This document shows, in pieces, positions 19,853-28,737 of a stretch of DNA of 58,011 nt. The notes under the pieces are model-generated. The model worked only from the letters and a program-made list of their open reading frames with translations. It was not told the DNA's origin and did not search any database. Numbering within the stretch: position 1 is the stretch's first letter; every line of letters starts with the position of its first letter. The translations under genes and the position numbers were made by a program. The stretch lies in the sequence record SRR31156797_3395. One strand, 5' to 3'.

Positions 19853-21602
19853 TTTCCACCTTCATACTTGCGATAGATTTATTGTAATGCATGATGATAT
19901 CACCACGCTTGAGAAGTCCTCTAAGTTTCAATTTACCATCCTCTGTCTCACGGACTACAGGTAGAGCCCCCAGGTCTTTTATACCAAGCTTCTCTGTAGC
20001 AGTGAGGAGTGTATCCTCTTCTGTAACATAGATTATATGTCCTCTGGTGCAAATCTCCCCTGCGACTACTATATCCTCAAGCCCCTCTTCAAAAATGATC
20101 TCCCTGATGTTATCCAGTGACAAAATACCCACAAGGCACTCATCATTATCCAAAACAGGGAAGTAAGTATGCTTAGCCAGCTTAACAGATTCTAGTATAT
20201 GTCTGAAAGGGGTATCTTCTCTAAAAGTAGTTACCTGCGAAATCATAACATCGCCTACACGAAGTTTCTCAAGAACAGATTCCTCTGCACCCTTACGGAT
20301 ACGAACACCTTGCTTGGTGAGTATCCACGTGAAAATCGACTCCTTCTCAAGCCAACCGGCAAAAATATTAGCGACAATAGCCGCAAGCATAAGCGGAAGG
20401 ATAACGGTGTAACTCTGTGTAATTTCAAAAATAATAAGTATCGCTGTTAGCGGAGCCCTGATAGTTGCCGCCAGCATAGCAGACATAGCCACAAGCCCGT
20501 AAGCACCGGAACCGCCTGTCATAGTAGGGAATAACAGATTAACAACCCAGCCGAAAAATCCGCCTGTAGCAGCACCTATATATAATGATGGAACAAAAAG
20601 ACCACCGGAACCACCAGAACCGAGTGTCAGGGATGTAGCAATAATTTTTAAAAAGACAAGGAAGATAAGAAGGAAACCTGTGTCGTGACTGAGTATAGCA
20701 TCGATAGTGTCGTAGCCTACACCCATAACATCACGTGAGAAAACCGCAAGCGCCCCCATAAGAAGACCGCCAATTGCAGGCTTTGTCCAGCTCGGCACCT
20801 CAAGCGATTCAAACTTCTCTTCGAATTTGTAAAAGACTCTTATGAAGACAACTCCGACAACCGCACAGGTAATGCCAAGTATGGTGTACAAAGGGAGTTC
20901 AAATATACTTCTGAGGACATATTCCGGCGCTTCGAAAGTAACGTGATCACCGAGATGCGCCCTTGAAACAACAGTCGCTATAACAGAAGAAATGATGATA
21001 GGGCTGAAAGTTTTAAGCCCGAACTCACCGAGCAGAACCTCAGCAGCGAACATCGCACCACCGATAGGAGCGTTGAAAGTAGCCGCCAGACCACCAGCAG
21101 CTCCGCAGGCGATAACAGTCTTCATCCTAGCTGATGAAAACCTGAAAATCTTACCAACACCAGAACCTATAGCAGCACCTATCTGAACAATAGGTCCCTC
21201 ACGTCCGGCAGAACCACCGGAACCGAGCGTAATCGCTGATGAAACAGATTTTATCAAAGCCACCTGTGGTTTAATGCTCCTGTTGAGAGCTATGACTTTC
21301 ATAACATCCGGCACACCGTGCCCCTTCGCTGTCTTAAACATGATTGAGATAAGTCCAACCATAAGCCCGCCGATAGCTGGTATCAGAAGAATCTTGTAGA
21401 ATGGAGTGTCGTTCAGCACAGCAAGAACATATTCGCTCTTAGTGCCGTAGAAAAGATTCTGGAAAAAGCCTATAAGATATCTGAAAAGAAGGTTACCGTA
21501 TCCGGCGCAGACACCTACAAGGACGGCTATCATAACCATGTAAAGGTCATCGTGCCGTTTAAGAAATGCGTTAAGTTTGTCTTTCTGGTTGTTTATATTC
21601 AT
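19845..21602 (-). CDS. CLC family chloride channel/antiporter with tandem CBS domains
   Basis: GHGVP, GREGP, FNAPIGG, GGLFVP signatures; C-terminal CBS pair. Confidence 0.93.
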   Translation of the reverse strand: MNINNQKDKLNAFLKRHDDLYMVMIAVLVGVCAGYGNLLFRYLIGFFQNLFYGTKSEYVLAVLNDTPFYKILLIPAIGGLMVGLISIMFKTAKGHGVPDVMKVIALNRSIKPQVALIKSVSSAITLGSGGSAGREGPIVQIGAAIGSGVGKIFRFSSARMKTVIACGAAGGLAATFNAPIGGAMFAAEVLLGEFGLKTFSPIIISSVIATVVSRAHLGDHVTFEAPEYVLRSIFELPLYTILGITCAVVGVVFIRVFYKFEEKFESLEVPSWTKPAIGGLLMGALAVFSRDVMGVGYDTIDAILSHDTGFLLIFLVFLKIIATSLTLGSGGSGGLFVPSLYIGAATGGFFGWVVNLLFPTMTGGSGAYGLVAMSAMLAATIRAPLTAILIIFEITQSYTVILPLMLAAIVANIFAGWLEKESIFTWILTKQGVRIRKGAEESVLEKLRVGDVMISQVTTFREDTPFRHILESVKLAKHTYFPVLDNDECLVGILSLDNIREIIFEEGLEDIVVAGEICTRGHIIYVTEEDTLLTATEKLGIKDLGALPVVRETEDGKLKLRGLLKRGDIIMHYNKSIASMKVENA

Positions 21603-21614
21603 CTCTTCTCTTTA

Positions 21615-21709
21615 GTCATTGCGAGCAGGCAATACCTGCGAAGCAATCTCTGTATATATTCATGAAATCAGGACAAAGACTGCCGTGTCGCTCCGCTTCT
21701 CGCAGTGAC
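21615..21709. repeat. Palindromic intergenic element (full copy)
   Basis: GTCATTGCGAG...CTCGCAGTGAC terminal inverted repeats; internal GCAGG-CAATA-CCTGC hairpin and GCAATCT/AGACTGC pairing. Confidence 0.7.
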
Positions 21710-21714
21710 AGTTA

Positions 21715-22251
21715 TTATCTTCTGTACGCTACATATGCGCCGTAAGCGGCGATAGATATGCTGTGAACTATGCGACCATCAAGGATCATCTGCTCAACTT
21801 CTGAAACTTCAAATTCTTCCGGCTCGATATCCTCAAAAGGGTCGAGAAACTGCTCGTCAGTCTCTTCACAATTTTCAGCGAGGTAAAGATAGCATGTGTT
21901 ATCCATAAAAGCAGGATTAGGCGACATAGCACAAAGCTTTGTCAGCTTGCCTGTGTAACCAGTCTCCTCAGTAAGCTCTCTGGCTGCGCCCTCCTCAGGG
22001 TTTTCACCAGCCTCAAGCGCTCCGCCAGGAAATTCGTACGCCACGTCCTGCGTTCCGACACGAAACTGTTTGATAAGCAGTAATTTACCATCTTTTGTCA
22101 CAGGCACGATAACAGCCCAGTCACGCATCTTAACAATGGTGAATGTACCTGTCTCGTCATTCCTGCTGAAATGAAAATCCCTGTGCTCCACACGAAGCAC
22201 AGGATCTATGTATGCTGTTTTTGTGTTAACCAGTTTCCAGTTTTGTCTCAT
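21715..22251 (-). CDS. NUDIX hydrolase (ADP-ribose pyrophosphatase-like)
   Basis: Nudix box GGALEAGENPEEGAARELTEETGY; QFR and SP motifs. Confidence 0.9.
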   Translation of the reverse strand: MRQNWKLVNTKTAYIDPVLRVEHRDFHFSRNDETGTFTIVKMRDWAVIVPVTKDGKLLLIKQFRVGTQDVAYEFPGGALEAGENPEEGAARELTEETGYTGKLTKLCAMSPNPAFMDNTCYLYLAENCEETDEQFLDPFEDIEPEEFEVSEVEQMILDGRIVHSISIAAYGAYVAYRR

Positions 22252-22589
22252 TAAAGGATAAGACCTGAACCGCCGCCCTGACCGCCGGAAGGGTTTCCGC
22301 CAAGCCCGCCCATGTTGCTTGCAATCTTAATATTGCTCTTTGTCTCTATATATTTATCTGCGAGGTCTCCCGGAACTTCTTTATACTCGTAAAGGACGTT
22401 AGCCATATCTATCTCGCCCCTGACCTCTTCCTCAAAAGGGAAGCCGTAAGGTACTATAGCAATCTGCATAGAGCCGCTCTGAGTAGGCATAACCTGAACC
22501 TGACATATGTTTTCAATCTTACCCTCGCCCCTTTCAGCGAGAACCATCTCGCCTGTTACGAGTTTTGCAAATACGATATTTTCACTCAT
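22251..22589 (-). CDS. Hypothetical protein, possible Sm-like fold with Gly-rich tail
   Basis: Strong AAGGAG RBS, TAATG coupling to NUDIX gene, KLVTGE-type first strand. Confidence 0.7.
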   Translation of the reverse strand: MSENIVFAKLVTGEMVLAERGEGKIENICQVQVMPTQSGSMQIAIVPYGFPFEEEVRGEIDMANVLYEYKEVPGDLADKYIETKSNIKIASNMGGLGGNPSGGQGGGSGLIL

Positions 22590-22617
22590 TTATATATACT
22601 CCTTAAAATTTTATCCA

Positions 22618-22705
22618 GTCACCTTGAGGCTTTGAAAAAAGCCGTGAAGGTCTCAGCCTTTCGTCCGAGATGCTTACGTCGCATATAAATGCTCCTCAGC
22701 ATGAC
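22618..22705. repeat. Palindromic intergenic element (full, diverged copy)
   Basis: GTCACCTTGAGG...CCTCAGCATGAC ends; internal GGCTTT-GAA-AAAGCC and GCAT-ATAA-ATGC hairpins. Confidence 0.6.
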
Positions 22706-22918
22706 AGTCGGACAGCCACTACATATAATATGCACCTTTGTTAATATAGTAAAAAAAATATTAGTTCAATATGTTTCTTTAAGCTTTTGAAACCTAAGCT
22801 GATTAAGGGTTAATTATATAAAATTGTTATACATAAACCTGAAAAGCTGATTTTCTTATTGACTTTAACCTTATTAGGTTTTATTAAACCAAGTAGTAAG
22901 ACTAACGGAGGTGCTATT

Positions 22919-23086
22919 ATGGCTTACACAATTAACGATGCCTGCACAAATTGCGGCGTATGCGAAGACGAGTGTCCAGTAGGTTCTATCACTGAAGCAA
23001 ATGACGTGAGAGTTATCGACGCTGAAACCTGTACAGACTGCGGTGCTTGCGCTGAGGTTTGCCCAGTTGACGCTATCGACGCTTAA
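22919..23086 (+). CDS. fdx: 2[4Fe-4S] ferredoxin, 55 aa
   Basis: CTNCGVCEDECP and CTDCGACAEVCP; GGAGG RBS before ATG 22919. Confidence 0.95.
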   Translation: MAYTINDACTNCGVCEDECPVGSITEANDVRVIDAETCTDCGACAEVCPVDAIDA

Positions 23087-23113
23087 TCGACTGTAAACAG
23101 ACTTTTATAATAT

Positions 23114-23141
23114 AGCCCTGTGCTTGCAGGGCTTTATTTTT
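23114..23141 (+). terminator. Rho-independent terminator after ferredoxin
   Basis: AGCCCTG-TGCTTG-CAGGGCT stem-loop followed by TTATTTTT. Confidence 0.7.
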
Positions 23142-23150
23142 AACCATAAA

Positions 23151-23169
23151 TACTACAAAGGAAGTAGGA
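23151..23169. promoter_or_regulatory. Candidate Rrf2-family operator overlapping the cysE RBS
   Basis: Imperfect inverted repeat TACTAC-AAAGGAA-GTAGGA. Confidence 0.35.
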
Positions 23170-23170
23170 A

Positions 23171-23833
23171 ATGAGCATTCTAAAGACACTGAAAGAGGAA
23201 ATTGATACGGTTCTGAATAATGACCCCGCAGCTAAAAGCAAAGCGGAGATAATATTCTGTTACCCAGGCTTTCACGCTATCCTCTTTTACCGTGTTGCCC
23301 ACTGGTTCTGGATTAAAGATTTCTTTTTTATCGGCAGGTTCCTCTCGCACCTCGGCAGGTTCTTCACCGGCATAGAAATCCACCCCGGCGCAACCATAGG
23401 CAAAAGATTTTTTATCGACCACGGTATGGGTGTTGTAATAGGCGAAACAGCAGAAGTAGGTAATGACGTAACACTTTATCACGGTGTCACCCTTGGCGGT
23501 GTCAGCTTAGAGAAAGTAAAACGTCACCCGACTGTTGAGGACAATGTTGTCATCGGTTCCGGTGCAAAAGTTCTCGGTCCTTTCACTGTCAGAAAGAATG
23601 CCCGAATAGGTTCCAACTCAGTAGTAGTAAAAGAAGTACCGGAAGATGCCACAGTTGTCGGCATACCGGGTAAGATCGTAAAAAGTACAGAAGACAAAAA
23701 GAAATACGATCACAACAAGCTCCCAGACCCTGTAGCACGTGCCATAACAGATATGGCTACACGTATGTGCTATATGGAGGCGGAGATAAATGACCTCAGA
23801 AAAAAGTTGAAAAATTATGAAGATAACGACTAA
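23171..23833 (+). CDS. cysE: Serine O-acetyltransferase
   Basis: [36 protein letters not shown]. Confidence 0.96.
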   Translation: MSILKTLKEEIDTVLNNDPAAKSKAEIIFCYPGFHAILFYRVAHWFWIKDFFFIGRFLSHLGRFFTGIEIHPGATIGKRFFIDHGMGVVIGETAEVGNDVTLYHGVTLGGVSLEKVKRHPTVEDNVVIGSGAKVLGPFTVRKNARIGSNSVVVKEVPEDATVVGIPGKIVKSTEDKKKYDHNKLPDPVARAITDMATRMCYMEAEINDLRKKLKNYEDND

Positions 23834-24248
23834 AAGCAGATATGCTATACGCTCGATCTTTGCCCTTGTCCTTATGGGCGGAGACGAAAAGCCCATCGCC
23901 CTCACGCATATAGCCGAACATGAAGACATCAGCCGTAAATACCTCGAGCAGATATTCATCAAGCTGAAAAAGTCCGGCATAGTAGCTGGTTCAAGGGGTG
24001 CTCAGGGTGGTTATATGCTCGCTAAAAACGCAGACCAGATAAGACTTAAAGAAGTCATTTACGCTATGGACGGTCCGGTAAAAATATCTGACTGCACACA
24101 GGAAGAATCTTGTGACAACTTCTCCTCATGCGGTATAAACTGGCTTTGGAGCGGACTCAAAGAGACTGTTGACAATTACTTAGACAATATTACTATACAC
24201 GACTTAAAACGTCAGGCTTTCGGAGGAAAAGATGCCAATTTATCTTGA
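23817..24248 (+). CDS. Rrf2 family regulator, IscR-like with three Cys
   Basis: [26 protein letters not shown]-x5-C-x5-C. Confidence 0.9.
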   Translation: MKITTKSRYAIRSIFALVLMGGDEKPIALTHIAEHEDISRKYLEQIFIKLKKSGIVAGSRGAQGGYMLAKNADQIRLKEVIYAMDGPVKISDCTQEESCDNFSSCGINWLWSGLKETVDNYLDNITIHDLKRQAFGGKDANLS

Positions 24249-25389
24249 TAACAGCGCTACAACACCTATGGATCCGGCAGTTTTCGAGGCTATGAAGCCA
24301 TACCTTATGGAGAAATTTGCCAATCCTTCAAGCATACATGGGCTCGGACGCGAAATAAGAGAAGACATAGATGTCGCGAGAGAAACCGTGGCAAAATCAC
24401 TCGGTGCAGAAGCTCACGAAATCATATTTACCGCAAGCGGTACCGCCGCTGATAACATGGCTGTAAGAAGCACAGCGGAGATGATGCGTGAAAAAGGGAA
24501 GCACATCATAACATCATGCATCGAGCACAAAGCTATCTTAGAGAGCTGCAAGCTCCTTGAGACTCAGGGTTTCGAAGTTACTTACCTCCCAGTTGAGCCA
24601 GACGGAATAGTTAACCTCGACACACTGAAAGATGCTATCCGTAAGGACACAATCCTTATCTCCGTCATGATGGTAAATAACGAAATCGGAACTGTTCAGC
24701 CTATCCGCGAAATCGTGGAGATCGCTAAACCTAAAGGGATACTTGTCCACACTGACGCTGTTCAGGCTATGGGCAAGATGAAGGTGGATGTTAAAGAGCT
24801 CGGCGTTGACCTGCTCACCATTTCCGCACATAAAATCTACGGTCCGAAAGGGATCGGAGCTATATATATTGATGAAAACCTGAAAGGGGACTATCGCCCG
24901 CTTGTTGTCGGAGGCGCACAGGAATTCGGTCTGAGAGCCGGAACAGAAGCTGTGCCGAACATTATGGGATTTGCAAAAGCTTGCGAGCTTGTGATGGATA
25001 ATCTCGACGCTGAGATGAAGCATGTCAGAGGTCTCCGTGACCTTTTCGAAAACAGGCTCATAGAAGAAGTTGGCGATATAAACATTAACGGTGACAGAGA
25101 TAAGCGTGTCTGCTCTGTTTCAAACCTCGCATTCAGATACATCGAGGCTGAGGCACTTATGATATACGCTTACGATGTTTGCTGCTCAACAGGTTCAGCC
25201 TGTTCATCTGAAAGTGTTGACGCATCACACGTACTCTACGCTATAGGCGTTGACCCTGTTGACCTCCACGGTGCGATCAGATTCTCGTTCGGTCGTTTTA
25301 ATACTGAGGAAGAGATAAACACCGCTGTGGACATGATAAAAGACAGCGTAGAAAAGCTGAGGGCTATGTCTCCGCTTGTAAACAAATAA
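24232..25389 (+). CDS. iscS: Cysteine desulfurase (IscS/NifS family)
   Basis: [24 protein letters not shown] (PLP Lys), STGSACSS (catalytic Cys). Confidence 0.93.
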   Translation: MPIYLDNSATTPMDPAVFEAMKPYLMEKFANPSSIHGLGREIREDIDVARETVAKSLGAEAHEIIFTASGTAADNMAVRSTAEMMREKGKHIITSCIEHKAILESCKLLETQGFEVTYLPVEPDGIVNLDTLKDAIRKDTILISVMMVNNEIGTVQPIREIVEIAKPKGILVHTDAVQAMGKMKVDVKELGVDLLTISAHKIYGPKGIGAIYIDENLKGDYRPLVVGGAQEFGLRAGTEAVPNIMGFAKACELVMDNLDAEMKHVRGLRDLFENRLIEEVGDININGDRDKRVCSVSNLAFRYIEAEALMIYAYDVCCSTGSACSSESVDASHVLYAIGVDPVDLHGAIRFSFGRFNTEEEINTAVDMIKDSVEKLRAMSPLVNK

Positions 25390-25395
25390 TCTATA

Positions 25396-26553
25396 ATGAC
25401 AAACGAAAATACAAACTTTAAGAGGACAGCTATATGCTTGTCCTCTTTTTTCTTTTTACACTATGCGACACTAGGGGTTGTTTTCCCGTTTACCGGATAT
25501 TTCTTTAAGCAGTCAGGTTTTTCAGGAACTGAGATAGGATTATTCCTCTCTATCTTCCCTCTGGCAAAATTCCTTACAACTAACCGGTGGATACTTACAT
25601 TCTCCAAAGTGAGGCACAAAAAACTCTTCATAGCTGTCTGTATAGTGATATCAACTCTCTCGCTCCTCCCGCTCACTATGACTACAAACAGGTTACTCGT
25701 AGGGCTGATGCTTGCTACTTTTGCAGTTGCCAGAACTGGTGTGATCCCCGTAATCGACAGCATAGCAATATCTATGGACAGCAAGATCGCTTACGGCAGG
25801 CTCAGGCTATTCGGTTCCATAGGTTTCATATTCACCTCCATCATCAGCGGAATCCTCATGGACAGGTTCGGAGTACACGCATTTATATGGACATTTCTGG
25901 CGGCTGGGCTTATGTCTGCCCTCCCTGCTATTCTCACAGATTACAGTTCAGATCACCTGAAACCTACAAGTAAATCAGATAGAAAGCTCACACCCGAGCT
26001 TATAGTTTTCTTCGCAGGGATAACAGTTTACCTAACTTCATTCGGTTTTCTCAGCAATTTTTTTAACATAAAAGTAGCAAGTGTCGGCTTATCACAGTCG
26101 TGGGCTGGCTATATGTGGTCTATCGGGGTAGTGGCGGAGATATTTTTCCTGTATAATCAGGATAGAATACTGAAAGTTATCAGTGTTAAAAACCTTATAG
26201 CACTCTCTATGTTTATGGCGGGGGTTAGATACCTTATAACCGGCTACACAGATTCGCTATGGGTGCTTGCTGTCTTCTCAACGCTTAACGGATTCGCATA
26301 CGGCGGTGTCCACCTTGGCGTAATGAGATATTTCCGTGATTACGTTCCGGAAAAACTAAAACTTAAGGCGCAGGGGATGTATTCCGGCTTCGGATACGGG
26401 CTGGGAGCCATCATAGGCTCGACAATCTCCGGTGTGATATACGACATCAGCGGTATCGAGATTGTGTTCGCTACATCGTTTGTACTCTGTACAATCTCTG
26501 CTGCTATGATATATCTTTTCACCGGCAAACGAGGTCTAAATGAGCAGCTCTAA
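25396..26553 (+). CDS. MFS transporter (MFS_1-like, HcaT-like)
   Basis: About 12 TM helices, YGRLRLFGSIGF motif. Confidence 0.88.
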   Translation: MTNENTNFKRTAICLSSFFFLHYATLGVVFPFTGYFFKQSGFSGTEIGLFLSIFPLAKFLTTNRWILTFSKVRHKKLFIAVCIVISTLSLLPLTMTTNRLLVGLMLATFAVARTGVIPVIDSIAISMDSKIAYGRLRLFGSIGFIFTSIISGILMDRFGVHAFIWTFLAAGLMSALPAILTDYSSDHLKPTSKSDRKLTPELIVFFAGITVYLTSFGFLSNFFNIKVASVGLSQSWAGYMWSIGVVAEIFFLYNQDRILKVISVKNLIALSMFMAGVRYLITGYTDSLWVLAVFSTLNGFAYGGVHLGVMRYFRDYVPEKLKLKAQGMYSGFGYGLGAIIGSTISGVIYDISGIEIVFATSFVLCTISAAMIYLFTGKRGLNEQL

Positions 26554-26803
26554 CAATAAGACAAATAAGCTTCTGGCTGAGCTGGAAGAGATCGCATCAA
26601 AGCTTAACATCAAACTCCGCTACGAAGTTACCAAAGCGAGGGGCGGACTTTGCACTGTTGACGGTGAGAGGATGTTTATCATGGATAAGAAATCCACCAA
26701 AGAATATAAGCTCCTTATGCTCGCCCGCACAATAAAAGAATTTGACCTATCAGATATATACATCAGTCCAAAACTTAGAGAGTTCCTCGATGAAGAGAGC
26801 TGA
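26540..26803 (+). CDS. Conserved hypothetical protein
   Basis: GAGG RBS, overlaps both neighbours; RYE..GGLC..DIYISP motif pattern. Confidence 0.75.
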   Translation: MSSSNNKTNKLLAELEEIASKLNIKLRYEVTKARGGLCTVDGERMFIMDKKSTKEYKLLMLARTIKEFDLSDIYISPKLREFLDEES

Positions 26804-27449
26804 TATCCATAAGGTTTACGACATCCTGGAAGATGCGTATCAGAATATGGAGGAGCCCTCCGTCACAAAAATCTCCAAACAGACTAAGCGTGACCCTTTC
26901 AGAGTGCTGATAAGCTGTCTTATCTCTCTTCGCACAAAAGATGAGGTTACACTCGAAGCATCGATCAGACTTTTCAACATAGCTGACAACCCTGCTGACA
27001 TGCTCAAACTTGACAGTGAAACCATCGAAAAACTTATCTACCCCGCAAGCTTTTACAGAAATAAAACCAAAACTATAAAAAATATCTGTGACATACTTAT
27101 AAATCAATATAACAGCACCGTACCTGAAGAGATTGACGAACTGATTAAGCTTAAAGGTGTAGGTCGTAAGTCAGCTAATCTTGTTGTGGTAGAAGGCTAC
27201 GGAAGACCTGCGATATGCGTAGACACCCATGTTCACCGTATTTTCAACAGGCTTGGCTATCTCAAAACGAAAGATCCCGACAAGACTGAGATGGAGCTTC
27301 GAAAGCACCTGCCGGAAAAGTATTGGATTCGTATCAACGAGATACTTGTCGCATACGGGCGTGAGGTGTGTAAGCCTATATCGCCTTACTGTTCAGCTTG
27401 CAGGCTGTCGGATTTATGTGATAAGGTCGATGTAGACCGCCGGAGGTAG
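26790..27449 (+). CDS. nth: Endonuclease III
   Basis: HhH LKGVGRKSAN, VDTHVHRI, 4Fe-4S C-x6-C-x2-C-x5-C. Confidence 0.93.
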   Translation: MKRADIHKVYDILEDAYQNMEEPSVTKISKQTKRDPFRVLISCLISLRTKDEVTLEASIRLFNIADNPADMLKLDSETIEKLIYPASFYRNKTKTIKNICDILINQYNSTVPEEIDELIKLKGVGRKSANLVVVEGYGRPAICVDTHVHRIFNRLGYLKTKDPDKTEMELRKHLPEKYWIRINEILVAYGREVCKPISPYCSACRLSDLCDKVDVDRRR

Positions 27450-27451
27450 CT

Positions 27452-27907
27452 ATGCGTAGCCAGATCGATGATAAAGACAAACAGATACTTAACATGCTTA
27501 TGGAAAATGCCCGTGTCTCATACGCAGACATAGCAAAAGCCGTCGGGATGAAATCCCCATCCGTCATCGACCGTATCAAAAGGCTGGAACAGCTCGGTGT
27601 GATCACAGGCTACAGCGCAGAGGTGAACTATAAGCTGCTCGGTGACGATATAAACGCCTTTATCGGTGTTTCTATAGATAATGCAAAACACATCGACGAA
27701 TTCGAAGATGAGCTTAAAAACATCGACCCGGACATTATGGGCTGTAACCATGTAACAGGCGATTTCACCTTTCTCATCAGTGTTGTAACCAAGAATACAC
27801 AGGCGCTAAGCACCCTTATCAAAAAGATCAGAAACATCGAAGGTGTGGATAAAACCAACACTATCCTCGTCTTTTCGACACTCATGGACAGAAAAAGAAA
27901 GGTATGA
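27452..27907 (+). CDS. Lrp/AsnC family regulator
   Basis: NARVSYADIA..RIKRLE..GVITGY, HVTGDFTF. Confidence 0.92.
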   Translation: MRSQIDDKDKQILNMLMENARVSYADIAKAVGMKSPSVIDRIKRLEQLGVITGYSAEVNYKLLGDDINAFIGVSIDNAKHIDEFEDELKNIDPDIMGCNHVTGDFTFLISVVTKNTQALSTLIKKIRNIEGVDKTNTILVFSTLMDRKRKV

Positions 27908-28671
27908 CATTCTCTGTTGTCATCCCCGTCTACAACCGAACAAGCACTCTAAAATCAGCGATAGAATCAGTCCTTTGCCAAACATTTTCAGATTTTGAAA
28001 TTATTGTTGTGGATGACGGCTCTGATGGATCTGTAGCAAAAACCCTAAAGCCTTATACGGGGCTTATAAACTACGTTAGACTGGATATCAACCGTGGAGT
28101 AAGCTACGCAAGGAACGTCGGTATTAAGGCGGCTAACGGCGACTATATAGCTTTTCTCGATTCAGACGACATCTGGCTCCCTGATAAGCTCCAAATGCAG
28201 TTCGATTTATTCAGCCGCACAGGCTTATCAATCGTTCACACCAACGAATTCTGGTTCCGTGGTGATAAATTCATAAATCAGGGGAAGCGTCACAAACGTT
28301 ACGGCGGGGAAATTTACCAAAAGATATTAGATTTCTGCCGAATAAGCCCGTCATCTGTAGCTATACACAAAGATGTATTCAAAACCTGCGGATATTTTGA
28401 TGACAACATGCGTGTCTGTGAAGACTATGACCTCTGGCTGAGGATATGCGAAAAGTATGAAGTCGGCTATCTACCTGAAAAACTTATAATAAAAAGAGCG
28501 ATCACAGACGACCAGCTCTCTGACAGTATTAAACACATCGAGTATATAAGGCTTGTATCCCTCGCCCGCTTTGTCCGCTGTAAGAAGTTAACTCCTGACA
28601 GGAAATTATTAGCAGTGAAGGAAATCAACCGTAAAGCCGATATAATCAAGGCCGGTATTAATAATTTTTAA
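27904..28671 (+). CDS. Glycosyltransferase family 2
   Basis: SVVIPVYNR, VVDDGS, ARNVG, FLDSDD, EDYDLWLR. Confidence 0.92.
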   Translation: MTFSVVIPVYNRTSTLKSAIESVLCQTFSDFEIIVVDDGSDGSVAKTLKPYTGLINYVRLDINRGVSYARNVGIKAANGDYIAFLDSDDIWLPDKLQMQFDLFSRTGLSIVHTNEFWFRGDKFINQGKRHKRYGGEIYQKILDFCRISPSSVAIHKDVFKTCGYFDDNMRVCEDYDLWLRICEKYEVGYLPEKLIIKRAITDDQLSDSIKHIEYIRLVSLARFVRCKKLTPDRKLLAVKEINRKADIIKAGINNF

Positions 28672-28737
28672 CTTTTCAAGTCTTGATTTTGAACCATTCT
28701 CATGTAAGATGCATCTTTAATTAAGTAAGGACTATTA

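Noticed and set aside
22859-22918. Long N-terminal extensions in the ORF track (ferredoxin, nth, manB, gmd, FrhB-like, pyruvyl transferase, hypB)
   Set aside because: Downstream starts fit the family N-termini and in most cases have a clear RBS or stop-start coupling
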